A DNA stretch of 64,000 bases from an uncultured Lachnospiraceae bacterium (GCA_934394565.1 CAKRQV010000002.1:16792-80791), one strand, 5' to 3'; positions 27,103 to 35,522 are shown, counted from the stretch's first letter. The notes: generated by a model from the sequence alone, not told the origin. Program-made: numbers and translations.

Positions 27103-29036
27103 TTTGCTTCACCTCCGATATAATCCTGGTTTCTCTTCTCGTACTCTTCTTTCAGATCACCAAAATAGTCTTTCGGTACGGTTCCACGAACCGGCACACC
27201 ATGTTCCTGACGGATTGTGATAAAGCAGTGATCCTCTGCCGGATCCATTTCCGGATAATCACTTCTGTAGAAGCAAAGCTGCTTAGAGCTTGACTTACGC
27301 ATCAGGCAGGCATTGAGGATCATCTCAGACACATCCAGAATATCCAGCACCTCATGCGTACGCATCAGTTCGTGCGGATTATGGCAGTACAGCTGCGGTA
27401 CGATCTCTTCGCGGTAGCTCTTTAACAGATCCAGGCCTTCTTTTAACAGGGCTTCACATTTGACACCGCCACAGTAATTCTGCATGCATTTGGAAATGGC
27501 AAAATTCAGCTCTTTCCATGTCACGCCCTCGGTGCGGTACATCGGTGCATACAGTCTCTCGCGCTCGGCATCGACATCAGCCTGGGTGACTTCTCCCAAT
27601 TCTACTGTACCGCTGTAATCTGCTGCCTTACGTCCTGCATAATAACCGGTCGCACAGGCAAATCCGGCACAGTCAGAAGCAAACAGCTGGTCACCGGCAG
27701 CATAGATACCATCGATATTTGTCTTTAAATCCCAGTCATGCATGATACCACCCGGTGCACCAAACAGCTGTCTCTCCTGTTCAAGGAAAGCTGCGGACTG
27801 CCAGCCTGTACCATAGCTCTGGAACATATATTTCTCAGGATCAAAGCCTTTTTCTGTATAATACTGCAGAACCGGGATTTTCGTTTTTCCTTCTTCACCG
27901 ACCATCATACCCCAGATGACTTTTCGCTCCATCTCCGGCATGCGGCTTAAATCTGCATAGAAAGGCAGCTGATAGCCACGTCTGATCAGCTCATCAAATG
28001 GCATAGTCTCCGGTCCCCTGTATTCATACTTCGGCTCGTCGATAACGCCACCTTTTAAGAAGAATTTCTGTCCCTTTACCGGGTAATATCTCTCGGATAC
28101 AGTCTTTAAAACATTGCCGTCACGGTCGAGATACGGGATTTCTACGCCTCTGGCATCGACCATTGTAGCCGCATACCAGGTGTTGTGGTTATTACCCGTA
28201 CTGTACGGCGGGAAACTTCTGCCGGATGCAGAGAACTCACCTTTAACTGATTTCTCCATCATCGTAAACTCAACACCAGCACGCCATCCCATTGCATGGC
28301 CACTGCCGATGGACTGCATCGGGCGGAATTCGCAAAGTCCGGTCAGATCCGGATTAAACAGCCATACACGGGCCGGTCTGGACATCGTTAATGTCGTAGC
28401 CTTGGCACGAAATACCATGAGTTTTCCTGTATGTACATTCATACCGATGGCTCCGATACCGCGTTTTTTACCGTTCTTTTCTTCCACCAGAAGGGCTGTT
28501 GCCTCGGTACGGTCATAAATTTTGACCCCCAGACGTTTCATCTCTTTATACAGAGACGGTTTAAATGTGGAACCCCAGACACGCAAAGTGAATTTGTTCT
28601 TATAATCATAGGCAAACATCAGCTTTGTTTCGTCATCCCTGAACTCTGCGCCCTTAAATTCATCCTCTGTATCTCGGATCTTGCCGCCGAAGCTCTCCAT
28701 ATCAAGCATACGGTCGTAACCCTCACGGCATTCAATATAATGGGCGATACCGTTGCTGTAGTGATCCTGCTCATCTACATAAGCATTGGCGATCTCTTCC
28801 GGTGTGACACCGGAACACGGGTTTGTACAGGCGGATTCCCAGTGATCAAATCCGGTACCTCCTGAACCGCTTCGTTTGGTAGCACCTTTCTCTACCAGCA
28901 CTACTCTTTTGCCTTTTCTGGCAGCTGCGATCGCAGCGTAACATCCGGCCAGTCCACCACCAAGAACCAGGACGTCTGATTCGACGGTCTCTGTCTGGTT
29001 AAACTCGTCCGGATATGGCCATGCATATTCTGCCAT
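27099..29036 (-). CDS. FAD-dependent oxidoreductase of the fumarate reductase / APS reductase alpha (AprA-like) superfamily
   Basis: The dinucleotide fold is DVLVLGGGLAGCYAAIAAARKG, with GSGGTGFDHWE and a distal AAGD motif. The length of about 645 aa is similar to AprA. I place the start at 29036, behind an AAGGGAG ribosome binding site. Confidence 0.7.
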   Translation of the reverse strand: MAEYAWPYPDEFNQTETVESDVLVLGGGLAGCYAAIAAARKGKRVVLVEKGATKRSGSGGTGFDHWESACTNPCSGVTPEEIANAYVDEQDHYSNGIAHYIECREGYDRMLDMESFGGKIRDTEDEFKGAEFRDDETKLMFAYDYKNKFTLRVWGSTFKPSLYKEMKRLGVKIYDRTEATALLVEEKNGKKRGIGAIGMNVHTGKLMVFRAKATTLTMSRPARVWLFNPDLTGLCEFRPMQSIGSGHAMGWRAGVEFTMMEKSVKGEFSASGRSFPPYSTGNNHNTWYAATMVDARGVEIPYLDRDGNVLKTVSERYYPVKGQKFFLKGGVIDEPKYEYRGPETMPFDELIRRGYQLPFYADLSRMPEMERKVIWGMMVGEEGKTKIPVLQYYTEKGFDPEKYMFQSYGTGWQSAAFLEQERQLFGAPGGIMHDWDLKTNIDGIYAAGDQLFASDCAGFACATGYYAGRKAADYSGTVELGEVTQADVDAERERLYAPMYRTEGVTWKELNFAISKCMQNYCGGVKCEALLKEGLDLLKSYREEIVPQLYCHNPHELMRTHEVLDILDVSEMILNACLMRKSSSKQLCFYRSDYPEMDPAEDHCFITIRQEHGVPVRGTVPKDYFGDLKEEYEKRNQDYIGGEAK

Positions 29037-29096
29037 AGTTTTTCTCCCTTCTTTTATCTTTGCCATTGGTGTATTGATTCACCACAGCTTATACAC

Positions 29097-29108
29097 TTTT
29101 TGCAAAAA
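29097..29108. promoter_or_regulatory. Palindromic box TTTTTGCAAAAA upstream of the flavoprotein operon
   Basis: It is a perfect 12-bp palindrome. A related box lies at 29169-29180, and a degenerate TTTGCATAA lies between them. Confidence 0.3.
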
Positions 29109-29168
29109 AGGTACATAAAGGGACCGCCTTTATGCACCTTTGCATAATCTGTTACTGTTTCATTTTGT

Positions 29169-29180
29169 ATTTTGCAAAAT
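29169..29180. promoter_or_regulatory. Palindromic box ATTTTGCAAAAT
   Basis: It is a perfect 12-bp palindrome, about 72 bp from the first box, in an AT-rich promoter region. Confidence 0.3.
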
Positions 29181-29440
29181 GTTTATTACAAAAGTAACTA
29201 TAGCACTTCTATGTACGCTTGTAAATACAGAAAATGTAGTTTTTCTTACTTTTTTCCCAAATAGTTTATAAATTTCATGATCATTTTCTAAAATGCACAT
29301 AGTTTTGTCACATTCTTGCGGTATTCTATTAACTGTCAGAGGGAAAACTACAAAAGCTTACCTGAAGACATTGATACAGATATTTCCCCACTGTAAAAAG
29401 TGCGGATGACATATAACCGAATTTTTTCTCTCTTTCCTTT

Positions 29441-29480
29441 CAAACGAAGAGCCGGCCAATAAGGGACGGCTCTTCGTTTG
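29441..29480. other. Intergenic hairpin with a 14-bp perfect stem
   Basis: The stem is CAAACGAAGAGCCG ... CGGCTCTTCGTTTG. There is no adjacent T-run on either strand. Confidence 0.6.
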
Positions 29481-29507
29481 TGTGTAAAAAGATGTGGAGG
29501 TTGTGAG

Positions 29508-29596
29508 GCCTCTGTGAGCACAGCATATACTCCCTCGGAAAACGCAAACCGTTTTTGAACGTTTTCCGGGGGAGTATATGCTGCACTCGCAGAGGC
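29508..29596. repeat. Hairpin-repeat family member A (37-nt arms, 15-nt conserved loop)
   Basis: GCCTCTGTGAGCACAGCATATACTCCCTCGGAAAACG-caaaccgtttttgaa-CGTTTTCCGGGGGAGTATATGCTGCACTCGCAGAGGC. It shares ATATACTCCC...GCAAACCGTTTTT.AA...GGGAGTATAT with the element at 51471-51553. Confidence 0.85.
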
Positions 29597-29683
29597 ATGA
29601 ACGGTTATGAGATTTTTTTACACAAAAACTCACCGCAAGGAAGTGAGGGGATTTAGGTTGTGGCGACTGTAAGGGTGATATCT

Positions 29684-30412
29684 TTATAGAGTGTTTTTCA
29701 AAGCTTGCAGGGTGGTGAAGCCCAGGTATCCGGGTTCGTGGTAGATATCGGAGGTGTTTTGGTAAGCGATGAGGGCTTGCCTGGTTGTATCATCAAATAC
29801 TCCTGTTATGGACAAATCGTAGCCTGATTCAAGCAGAGCATGCTGCAGCCATTTCACCTGATCACCTTCTTCTCCGGGCAATAGTATAGCTGTCGGTATT
29901 GGATAAATATTGGGACTCGGTGCACTTCCGGAAGGCAGCGGTTCCGAATAGGTAAAATCCTTCAAAAGCAGTCCATGGGTAAAACCGCGACCTGCAATCT
30001 TTGACAGACAACAGCCATGCTCCAGACCGCGGGATTCTATACAGCAGGGCGCGTTATCCATATACCCGATAAAGACGGCCACATGTCCCTTTTTCCAGAG
30101 AAGTGTTCCTGCCGGAAATTGATCTATTGTTTCAACAGGCATACGAAGACTGGCACTGGCATAGAGCTGAGCTGTGCCAAATGAACGGCCTGTGTACCCG
30201 GCAATAAGTCCGGAACAGTCGCAACAGACACGTCCGGGCAGTCCTCTGCGTATGGCTATCTCCATATATTGCTCCGTTACAACAGACGGATGTTTCCTGT
30301 GCATAGTCTGCATAAATTCTTCCGTAAGCGGCTGCATCTTCGCTCCGAAGAAATAGGGTGTTCCGAGTTTTTTTCTCGCATAGTCACAGAGTCCCTCACC
30401 TGTCTTCTCCAT
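29684..30412 (-). CDS. NlpC/P60 (C40) cell-wall hydrolase with a C-terminal PG_binding_1 domain
   Basis: The catalytic Cys context is CDCSGLI, with a downstream GHVAVFIG His. The C-terminus reads DQVKWLQHALLESGYDLSITGVFDDTTRQALIAYQ. Confidence 0.8.
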   Translation of the reverse strand: MEKTGEGLCDYARKKLGTPYFFGAKMQPLTEEFMQTMHRKHPSVVTEQYMEIAIRRGLPGRVCCDCSGLIAGYTGRSFGTAQLYASASLRMPVETIDQFPAGTLLWKKGHVAVFIGYMDNAPCCIESRGLEHGCCLSKIAGRGFTHGLLLKDFTYSEPLPSGSAPSPNIYPIPTAILLPGEEGDQVKWLQHALLESGYDLSITGVFDDTTRQALIAYQNTSDIYHEPGYLGFTTLQALKNTL

Positions 30413-30449
30413 AGACTGTTACCTTTTTCTTTATTATATGTTGCCGCTG

Positions 30450-30552
30450 CAACTATAAGAAACACGCTTTGCGAGTTTCTTATAGTTATCGCGGCAGTCG
30501 CCAAGGTCTCGTACAGGCACGGACTCTGGCTCGTTGCCTGCGTAAATAAAAA
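30450..30552. repeat. Dispersed ~100-nt repeat, copy 1 (the second copy is at 58944-59043)
   Basis: The shared core is ATCGCGGCAGTCGCCAAGGTCTC..CA.GCACGGACT.TGGCTCGTTGC..GC.TAAA, plus CAACTAT.AGAAACAC. It sits in the 5' region of the NlpC/P60 gene. Confidence 0.8.
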
Positions 30553-30595
30553 GCCGATAACAGTTATTGCATTTTGCTGCAAAACCATTATCGGC
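30547..30595 (-). terminator. Rho-independent terminator of the GntR gene
   Basis: The stem GCCGATAA...TTATCGGC is followed by TTTTT on the minus strand. Confidence 0.55.
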
Positions 30596-30606
30596 AATAA
30601 ACATGC

Positions 30607-31260
30607 TTATACTTCCTTTTGCTCCGGCCATACGGCCTGTGCATATACAAGAGAATGCATCAGATGCGCTTTCATCTTTGCAGCGGCTTCTTCAGCTTCT
30701 CCCCTGGCAAACGATGCAAAGATAGCTCTGTGCTCCTCATAAATATGAGATCTGTTGTCCGTCTGCTGTTCGTACTGATAGGAAGCCACAGACAACTGAG
30801 AGCGCAAGCGCTCTGCCGAATTCTTGAGACGGGAATTATCGCAATATTCGTAAAACAGCAGATGGAACTCATCAGACAGCTGCAGTAGCTTTTTGGTGTC
30901 AGTTTCTTTTTTACAGGCTTCCAGATTTTCTCTCAGTTGATCTGTCAGTGTATCCCGTTTGGCATGCTCTGCCGCATACCGCACAGCCAGCGCATCCAGA
31001 TCTCCCATAAACTGAAAAATTTCCCGAAGATCCTGTGATGTAAATTCAAGCACACGCACACCAATGTTGGAATAGTAAAACATCAGTCCTTCTTCCGAAA
31101 GGCGGGTCAGAGCCTCACGAATCGGAGTTGAGCTGACCTCAAAGCGTTCCTGCAGGACTTTCAAAGTCAGTTTGGTGCCACATTTGATTTTTTGTGTAAG
31201 AATATCCTGTCTGAGTATCTCATAGATCTGCTCGGACAGTGTCTGTTTATTTAAACGCAT
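30607..31260 (-). CDS. GntR-family transcriptional regulator (FadR/FCD subfamily)
   Basis: The N-terminal winged HTH is IYEILRQDILTQKIKCGTKLTLKVLQERFEVSSTPIREAL. The C-terminus is an all-helical FCD-like domain. Confidence 0.85.
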   Translation of the reverse strand: MRLNKQTLSEQIYEILRQDILTQKIKCGTKLTLKVLQERFEVSSTPIREALTRLSEEGLMFYYSNIGVRVLEFTSQDLREIFQFMGDLDALAVRYAAEHAKRDTLTDQLRENLEACKKETDTKKLLQLSDEFHLLFYEYCDNSRLKNSAERLRSQLSVASYQYEQQTDNRSHIYEEHRAIFASFARGEAEEAAAKMKAHLMHSLVYAQAVWPEQKEV

Positions 31261-31304
31261 AGATAGTAAAGTTCCTTTTCTTCAGGGTATTTCGCAGCTG
31301 ATGT

Positions 31305-31487
31305 TTATCCTCTCCACCTGTTTCTCTGGCGACTGCGTTTCAGACTGGCAATCTCCTGTTCTTTTTTCTCAAGATCAGCCTCTAACTGCGCTATGTATCT
31401 GTCTTTTTCCCCCGGGAGCAGATGCTTTTCTGCCACATATTCTTTCGCTCTCTGAATACTTTTATTTACCACATCTTTTAATTCCAT
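31305..31487 (-). CDS. Small (60 aa) coiled-coil hypothetical protein
   Basis: The ATG at 31487 follows a strong AAGGAGAGG ribosome binding site. The sequence begins MELKDVVNKSIQRAKEYVAEK... I recognise no family. Confidence 0.4.
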   Translation of the reverse strand: MELKDVVNKSIQRAKEYVAEKHLLPGEKDRYIAQLEADLEKKEQEIASLKRSRQRNRWRG

Positions 31488-31700
31488 TGCGGCCTCTCCT
31501 TTTTCACGAAATATACAGCATGTCTGACCGACAACCCGTACCAAGAATTAGTATACACCCGTGATATAGAAATTACCATAAAAAAGTCCTTTTCCTCCAC
31601 GCTTTACATCCGATATTTATACGTTTTTTCAAATCATACCCGCTTTTTAACAGTCGCGGCCATGGGAACTGCATATATATCTGTGTTGGATCCTTTGTAC

Positions 31701-31743
31701 AATAAAAATACCGTAAAACAACAGGATTCCTGTTATCTTACGG
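31701..31743 (-). terminator. Rho-independent terminator of the LysR gene
   Basis: A 15-bp stem, CCGTAA(G/A)A(T)AACAGG, is followed by a T-rich run on the minus strand. Confidence 0.55.
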
Positions 31744-31767
31744 CACATAAAAACGTATGGTAGCGCA

Positions 31768-32688
31768 TCATGAAATTCCCAGATATTTCCGTATCGCTTT
31801 GATGTAGCTTTCTCCCATACGGCTGAGCAGAATGTTTTTTTGTGTAATATATCCGATCTCCATCACACTGTTCGGATTTTCTTCATCGGAATGAAAAGGC
31901 ACGGCACGGTAATCACTGCCATTTAACTCCTCGCAGATGATACCGGAACACAGCGTATAGCCGTTTAACCCCACCATCATATTCAGCATCGTGGCCCTGT
32001 CATTGGCTTTGATGACCTGGGAATATTCATTCGTTGACAAAATTTCCTCCGCCAGATAAAACGAGCTGTTATCTCCCTGTTCAAAAGACAGGCAGGGATA
32101 ACCTTCCAGCTGTTCAAAACTGATGGATGCTTCGCCCGCCAGCGGATGATGTTTCCACAGATATACATACGCCTGACATTCAATCAGGTGATGAAACTCC
32201 AGATTTGCTGTCTTTAACAGCTTCTGGATGGCCTTTCGGTTGTAATCGCTCAGATACAACACACCAATCTCGCTTTTCAACGTGCTCACATCACTGATGA
32301 CCTCAGCCGTCCTCGTCTCCCGGATTGCAAATTCATACTTGGACATATCAAATTCTTTTGCCATATCCACAAAGGCCTTGACCGCAAAGGAATAGTGCTG
32401 GGTCGAAACACCAAATTTCTTTTTATAATTGCCGTTTTTCCCATACTTTTCCATGACATTTTCATACTCACCGTAAATCTGGCGGGCATGCAAAAGGAAT
32501 TCTGCCCCATCGTTTGTCAATGTCACACCCTTGCCGCTGCGAAAAAACAGCGTGATACCCAGCTCCTTTTCCAGCTCTTTGATCGCATTTGTTAAAGACG
32601 GCTGTGCAACGTAGAGCAGCTCTGCCGCCTTATTCATGGATTTTGTCTCCGCGATCGTTATCACATAATGGATCTGTGTCAGTGTCAT
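31768..32688 (-). CDS. LysR-family transcriptional regulator
   Basis: The N-terminal HTH is MTLTQIHYVITIAETKSMNKAAELLYVAQPSLTNAIKELEKELG. The length is 306 aa. Confidence 0.85.
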   Translation of the reverse strand: MTLTQIHYVITIAETKSMNKAAELLYVAQPSLTNAIKELEKELGITLFFRSGKGVTLTNDGAEFLLHARQIYGEYENVMEKYGKNGNYKKKFGVSTQHYSFAVKAFVDMAKEFDMSKYEFAIRETRTAEVISDVSTLKSEIGVLYLSDYNRKAIQKLLKTANLEFHHLIECQAYVYLWKHHPLAGEASISFEQLEGYPCLSFEQGDNSSFYLAEEILSTNEYSQVIKANDRATMLNMMVGLNGYTLCSGIICEELNGSDYRAVPFHSDEENPNSVMEIGYITQKNILLSRMGESYIKAIRKYLGIS

Positions 32689-33168
32689 CTTCTGGTCTCC
32701 TCTCTGGCTGCGTTTCGTGTCATTTTACGCTCATAAAACTATCCGGGATCATCCGCCTGCAGCTTTTTTTGCCACCGCTGTGTATTTATCCGTGTCCTGT
32801 CATTTCTTTTTGTGCATCCTGTCACAAAATATGTAACAGAAGCATATTACAGGCTGTTCCGGCTCCAATGGAAAGAAATGTATTGCATTTCCATTTATAG
32901 GAAACAATCACCACAACTGTTGCCACCAGATGTGGTATCGTATCTTTGCCCCGGCAGACCGGGTGTTTTATGATTCTATCATATATATCTTTGCTATGGT
33001 AGCACTTTTTTCTCTTAAAGTCTATATAGTTACTGGGAATTATATGGATTAATTTTGACACATACAAAAAAAGCAGGAAAAAAACGACACAACCTTACCA
33101 GTCTTTCATCTATTCCTGCCAGTACCAGTCCTGTAGTCTAAAATAGCTTCTCCATTTTTCTTCCACTG

Positions 33169-33177
33169 TGCTATAAT
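33169..33177 (+). promoter_or_regulatory. Extended -10 element TGCTATAAT, candidate promoter of the ArsR gene
   Basis: The element was read directly from the sequence, about 120 nt upstream of the ATG at 33295. Confidence 0.4.
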
Positions 33178-33244
33178 AGATAAAATATGTTTTGTCCGGT
33201 ATCCGTGTTTTCGCCCGGATGACCGTCGAACGGCTATATCCCTA

Positions 33245-33263
33245 TGTACACTGTCTGTGTACC
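33245..33263. promoter_or_regulatory. Inverted repeat TGTACAC-N5-GTGTACC, candidate ArsR/SmtB operator
   Basis: The arms match at 6 of 7 bp. It lies between the candidate promoter and the ArsR start codon. Confidence 0.3.
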
Positions 33264-33294
33264 ATATAAAAACCGAGGAGGTTCTAAACAAGCC

Positions 33295-33663
33295 ATGGCA
33301 AACGAAGCCCTTCCCCACAATCACGGTACATTTTCCGCATCAGAACAGCTAATTGCAAGAATAGCCAAAACTGAAGATTTTCAGACAGTCGCCGAATACT
33401 TCAAACAGCTGTCTGACGGCAACCGGCTGCGCATCTTTCTGCTATTATGCCATTGCGAAGAATGTGTCATCAACATATCGTTGTTAATGGACATGAGCAG
33501 TCCCGCTGTCTCCCATCATCTGAAGCAGCTAAAAGCGATCGGTCTGATTTCCAGCCGCCGTCAGGGCAAAGAGATGTACTACAAAGCATCCGATACACCG
33601 GAGGTACAGCTGTTACATAAAGCGATCGAACATCTGATGCAGATCACCTGCCCCGATGAATAA
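33295..33663 (+). CDS. ArsR/SmtB-family metalloregulator
   Basis: LSDGNRLRIFLLLCHCEECVINISLLMDMSSPAVSHHLKQLKAIGLI contains the HTH_5 domain and an alpha3 Cys cluster (CHCEEC). Confidence 0.8.
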   Translation: MANEALPHNHGTFSASEQLIARIAKTEDFQTVAEYFKQLSDGNRLRIFLLLCHCEECVINISLLMDMSSPAVSHHLKQLKAIGLISSRRQGKEMYYKASDTPEVQLLHKAIEHLMQITCPDE

Positions 33664-33710
33664 GCAGCTTTTGCTTTATCCATACGAGAATATGCCATAC
33701 ATGCATCTAT

Positions 33711-33823
33711 AAAAAACTGCCATACAGCAACTCTGTAACCTGCTTTTTGAAAAACGGCAATTGCCAGTCTGCTATCCATCTTTTTCAAAAGCAGGTTATT
33801 AGTTGTCATATGGCAGTCTTTTT
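33711..33823. terminator. Long imperfect hairpin acting as a bidirectional terminator between the convergent ArsR and GH13 genes
   Basis: The outer arms are AAAAAACTGCCATACAGCAACT / AGTTGTCATATGGCAGTCTTTTT. The inner arms are AACCTGCTTTTTGAAAAA / TTTTTCAAAAGCAGGTT. T-runs are present on both strands. Confidence 0.5.
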
Positions 33824-33857
33824 GTTACTGCGAACTGCAGCTTTTTTGTATCTCTCT

Positions 33858-35522
33858 TTACATTTCCGCAACCAGCACACCGCATCCCGGAAGTACAATG
33901 CAATCCGCCTCTACTTCAACCGGCTGATTAAACAGCAGTACCTGTTTTACCGGCTGCTGCACAGGTAAAACGACTTCCGTTTCTCCGAAATTGGCAGCCA
34001 CCAGTACTTTTTTTTCATCCAGTATTCTGGTATACGCCATGATATGGTCCATTTCACCATATACCTGAGTGAATTCTCCATATGTGAAAAGCTCGCGATA
34101 CGCTTCTGATTTTCGCAGTGCAATCAGTTTTCTGTAATACTGCAGCACAGAATCCGGATCTTTCTCCTGAGCAGCCACATTGATGGCATGGTATTTCTCG
34201 TTGACTTTCAGCCAAGGTGTTCCTGTCGTAAAACCGGCATTCTCCGTATCTGACCACTGCATCGGCGTACGGGCATTGTCACGGCTCATTTCTGAACAGA
34301 CCTTCAGAGCTTCGGCATCTGACAAACCTGCCTTTCTGGCTGTCTGATACTGGTCGATCGTATTGATATCATTAAACTCCTCCACACTGTTCCAGACAGC
34401 ATTCTGCATACCGATCTCCTGTCCCTGGTAAATAAAGGGCATACCCCGAAACAGCACACTCACCGTTCCGAGCATCTTTGCACCCGCCGCATTCCTGGCA
34501 TAGGACGGAAGAAATCTTGAAACGCCCCGTGGTTCATCGTGATTTTCAATGATATTTGCCTCAAACCCGACCTTCTGCACTCTGCGCTGAGAATCGCACA
34601 GTGCCTGTCGCCATGCCTCAAACGTAATCGGCTTTGCATCGTACCAGCCATGTTTACCATCACTGAGCATGTGGGCACTAAAATCAAAGATTGTAGAGAA
34701 ATGGCCATTGTCCCCGATAAAGTCTGCCATTTCGTCTTCTTTCATGTTGAAAACTTCTCCGACAGTAAAAGCATCCCTTTTGGCAAAGGTATGTGCTTTC
34801 AGATCCTCGAGCATCTCACCGACACCGTCCACACGTTCCACCATCTTCCAGCAGGCCGCCAGTCCGTCTGGGCCATCCGGCTCAAGATCAGGAAAAGCAA
34901 GATCTTTTTTGATATTGATGATCGCATCAATACGAAAACCTGCCAGTCCCTTATCCAGCCACCAGTTGACCATCCTGTAGACACTCTCACGCACTTTCGG
35001 ATTTTCCCAGTTTAGATCCGGCTGTTCCTTGGCAAACATATGAAAATAGTAATAGTCGGTACCTTTTACCGGCTCCCAGCAGTTCCCACCAAAATAGGAA
35101 CGGTAGTTGCTTGGCGCTCTACCGTCCTTTCCCTTACGGAAATAGAAATACTGGCCATATTCACCTTCCGGATCTTTCAGCGCTTTCTGAAACCACACAT
35201 GCTGGTCAGAACAGTGATTGACAACCAGATCCATGATGATACCGATGCCACGTTTCTTTGCCTCAGCCAGAAGCTCATCGAAATCTTCCATCGTACCAAA
35301 CTGCTCTGCGATCGCATAATAGTCGGCAATATCATATCCCTGATCTACAAACGGGGACTTATAGATCGGTGAGAGCCAGAGGATATCAATGCCCAGTGCT
35401 TTCAGATAGTCCAGCTTGGAAATAATACCTTTCAGATCACCGATACCATCTCCGTTACTGTCACAAAAGCTTTTCGGATAGATCTGATAAGCTACTTTGT
35501 CATGCCACCATTTTTTTTGCAT
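33858..35522 (-). CDS. GH13 alpha-glucosidase (oligo-1,6-glucosidase / trehalose-6-P hydrolase-like)
   Basis: The N-terminus is MQKKWWHDKVAYQIYPKSFCDSNGDGIGDLKGI, with motifs DLVVNHCSDQH, GFRIDAI, GEVF and ENHDEPR. Confidence 0.85.
   Translation of the reverse strand: MQKKWWHDKVAYQIYPKSFCDSNGDGIGDLKGIISKLDYLKALGIDILWLSPIYKSPFVDQGYDIADYYAIAEQFGTMEDFDELLAEAKKRGIGIIMDLVVNHCSDQHVWFQKALKDPEGEYGQYFYFRKGKDGRAPSNYRSYFGGNCWEPVKGTDYYYFHMFAKEQPDLNWENPKVRESVYRMVNWWLDKGLAGFRIDAIINIKKDLAFPDLEPDGPDGLAACWKMVERVDGVGEMLEDLKAHTFAKRDAFTVGEVFNMKEDEMADFIGDNGHFSTIFDFSAHMLSDGKHGWYDAKPITFEAWRQALCDSQRRVQKVGFEANIIENHDEPRGVSRFLPSYARNAAGAKMLGTVSVLFRGMPFIYQGQEIGMQNAVWNSVEEFNDINTIDQYQTARKAGLSDAEALKVCSEMSRDNARTPMQWSDTENAGFTTGTPWLKVNEKYHAINVAAQEKDPDSVLQYYRKLIALRKSEAYRELFTYGEFTQVYGEMDHIMAYTRILDEKKVLVAANFGETEVVLPVQQPVKQVLLFNQPVEVEADCIVLPGCGVLVAEM

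Noticed and set aside
29358-29633. A 91-aa minus-strand ORF across the 29.4-29.6 kb intergenic region.
   Set aside because: It is composed almost entirely of the two hairpin repeats, so its open frame is a by-product of the palindromic sequence. It has no ribosome binding site and no motifs.
30269-30742. The plus-strand ORFs at 30269-30742 and 58933-59187 share the peptide AAVAKVS..HGLWLVA, which could suggest a conserved small protein.
   Set aside because: The shared peptide comes from the ~100-nt DNA repeat. Similarity stops at the repeat borders. Neither ORF has a ribosome binding site, and both lie antisense to or between real genes.
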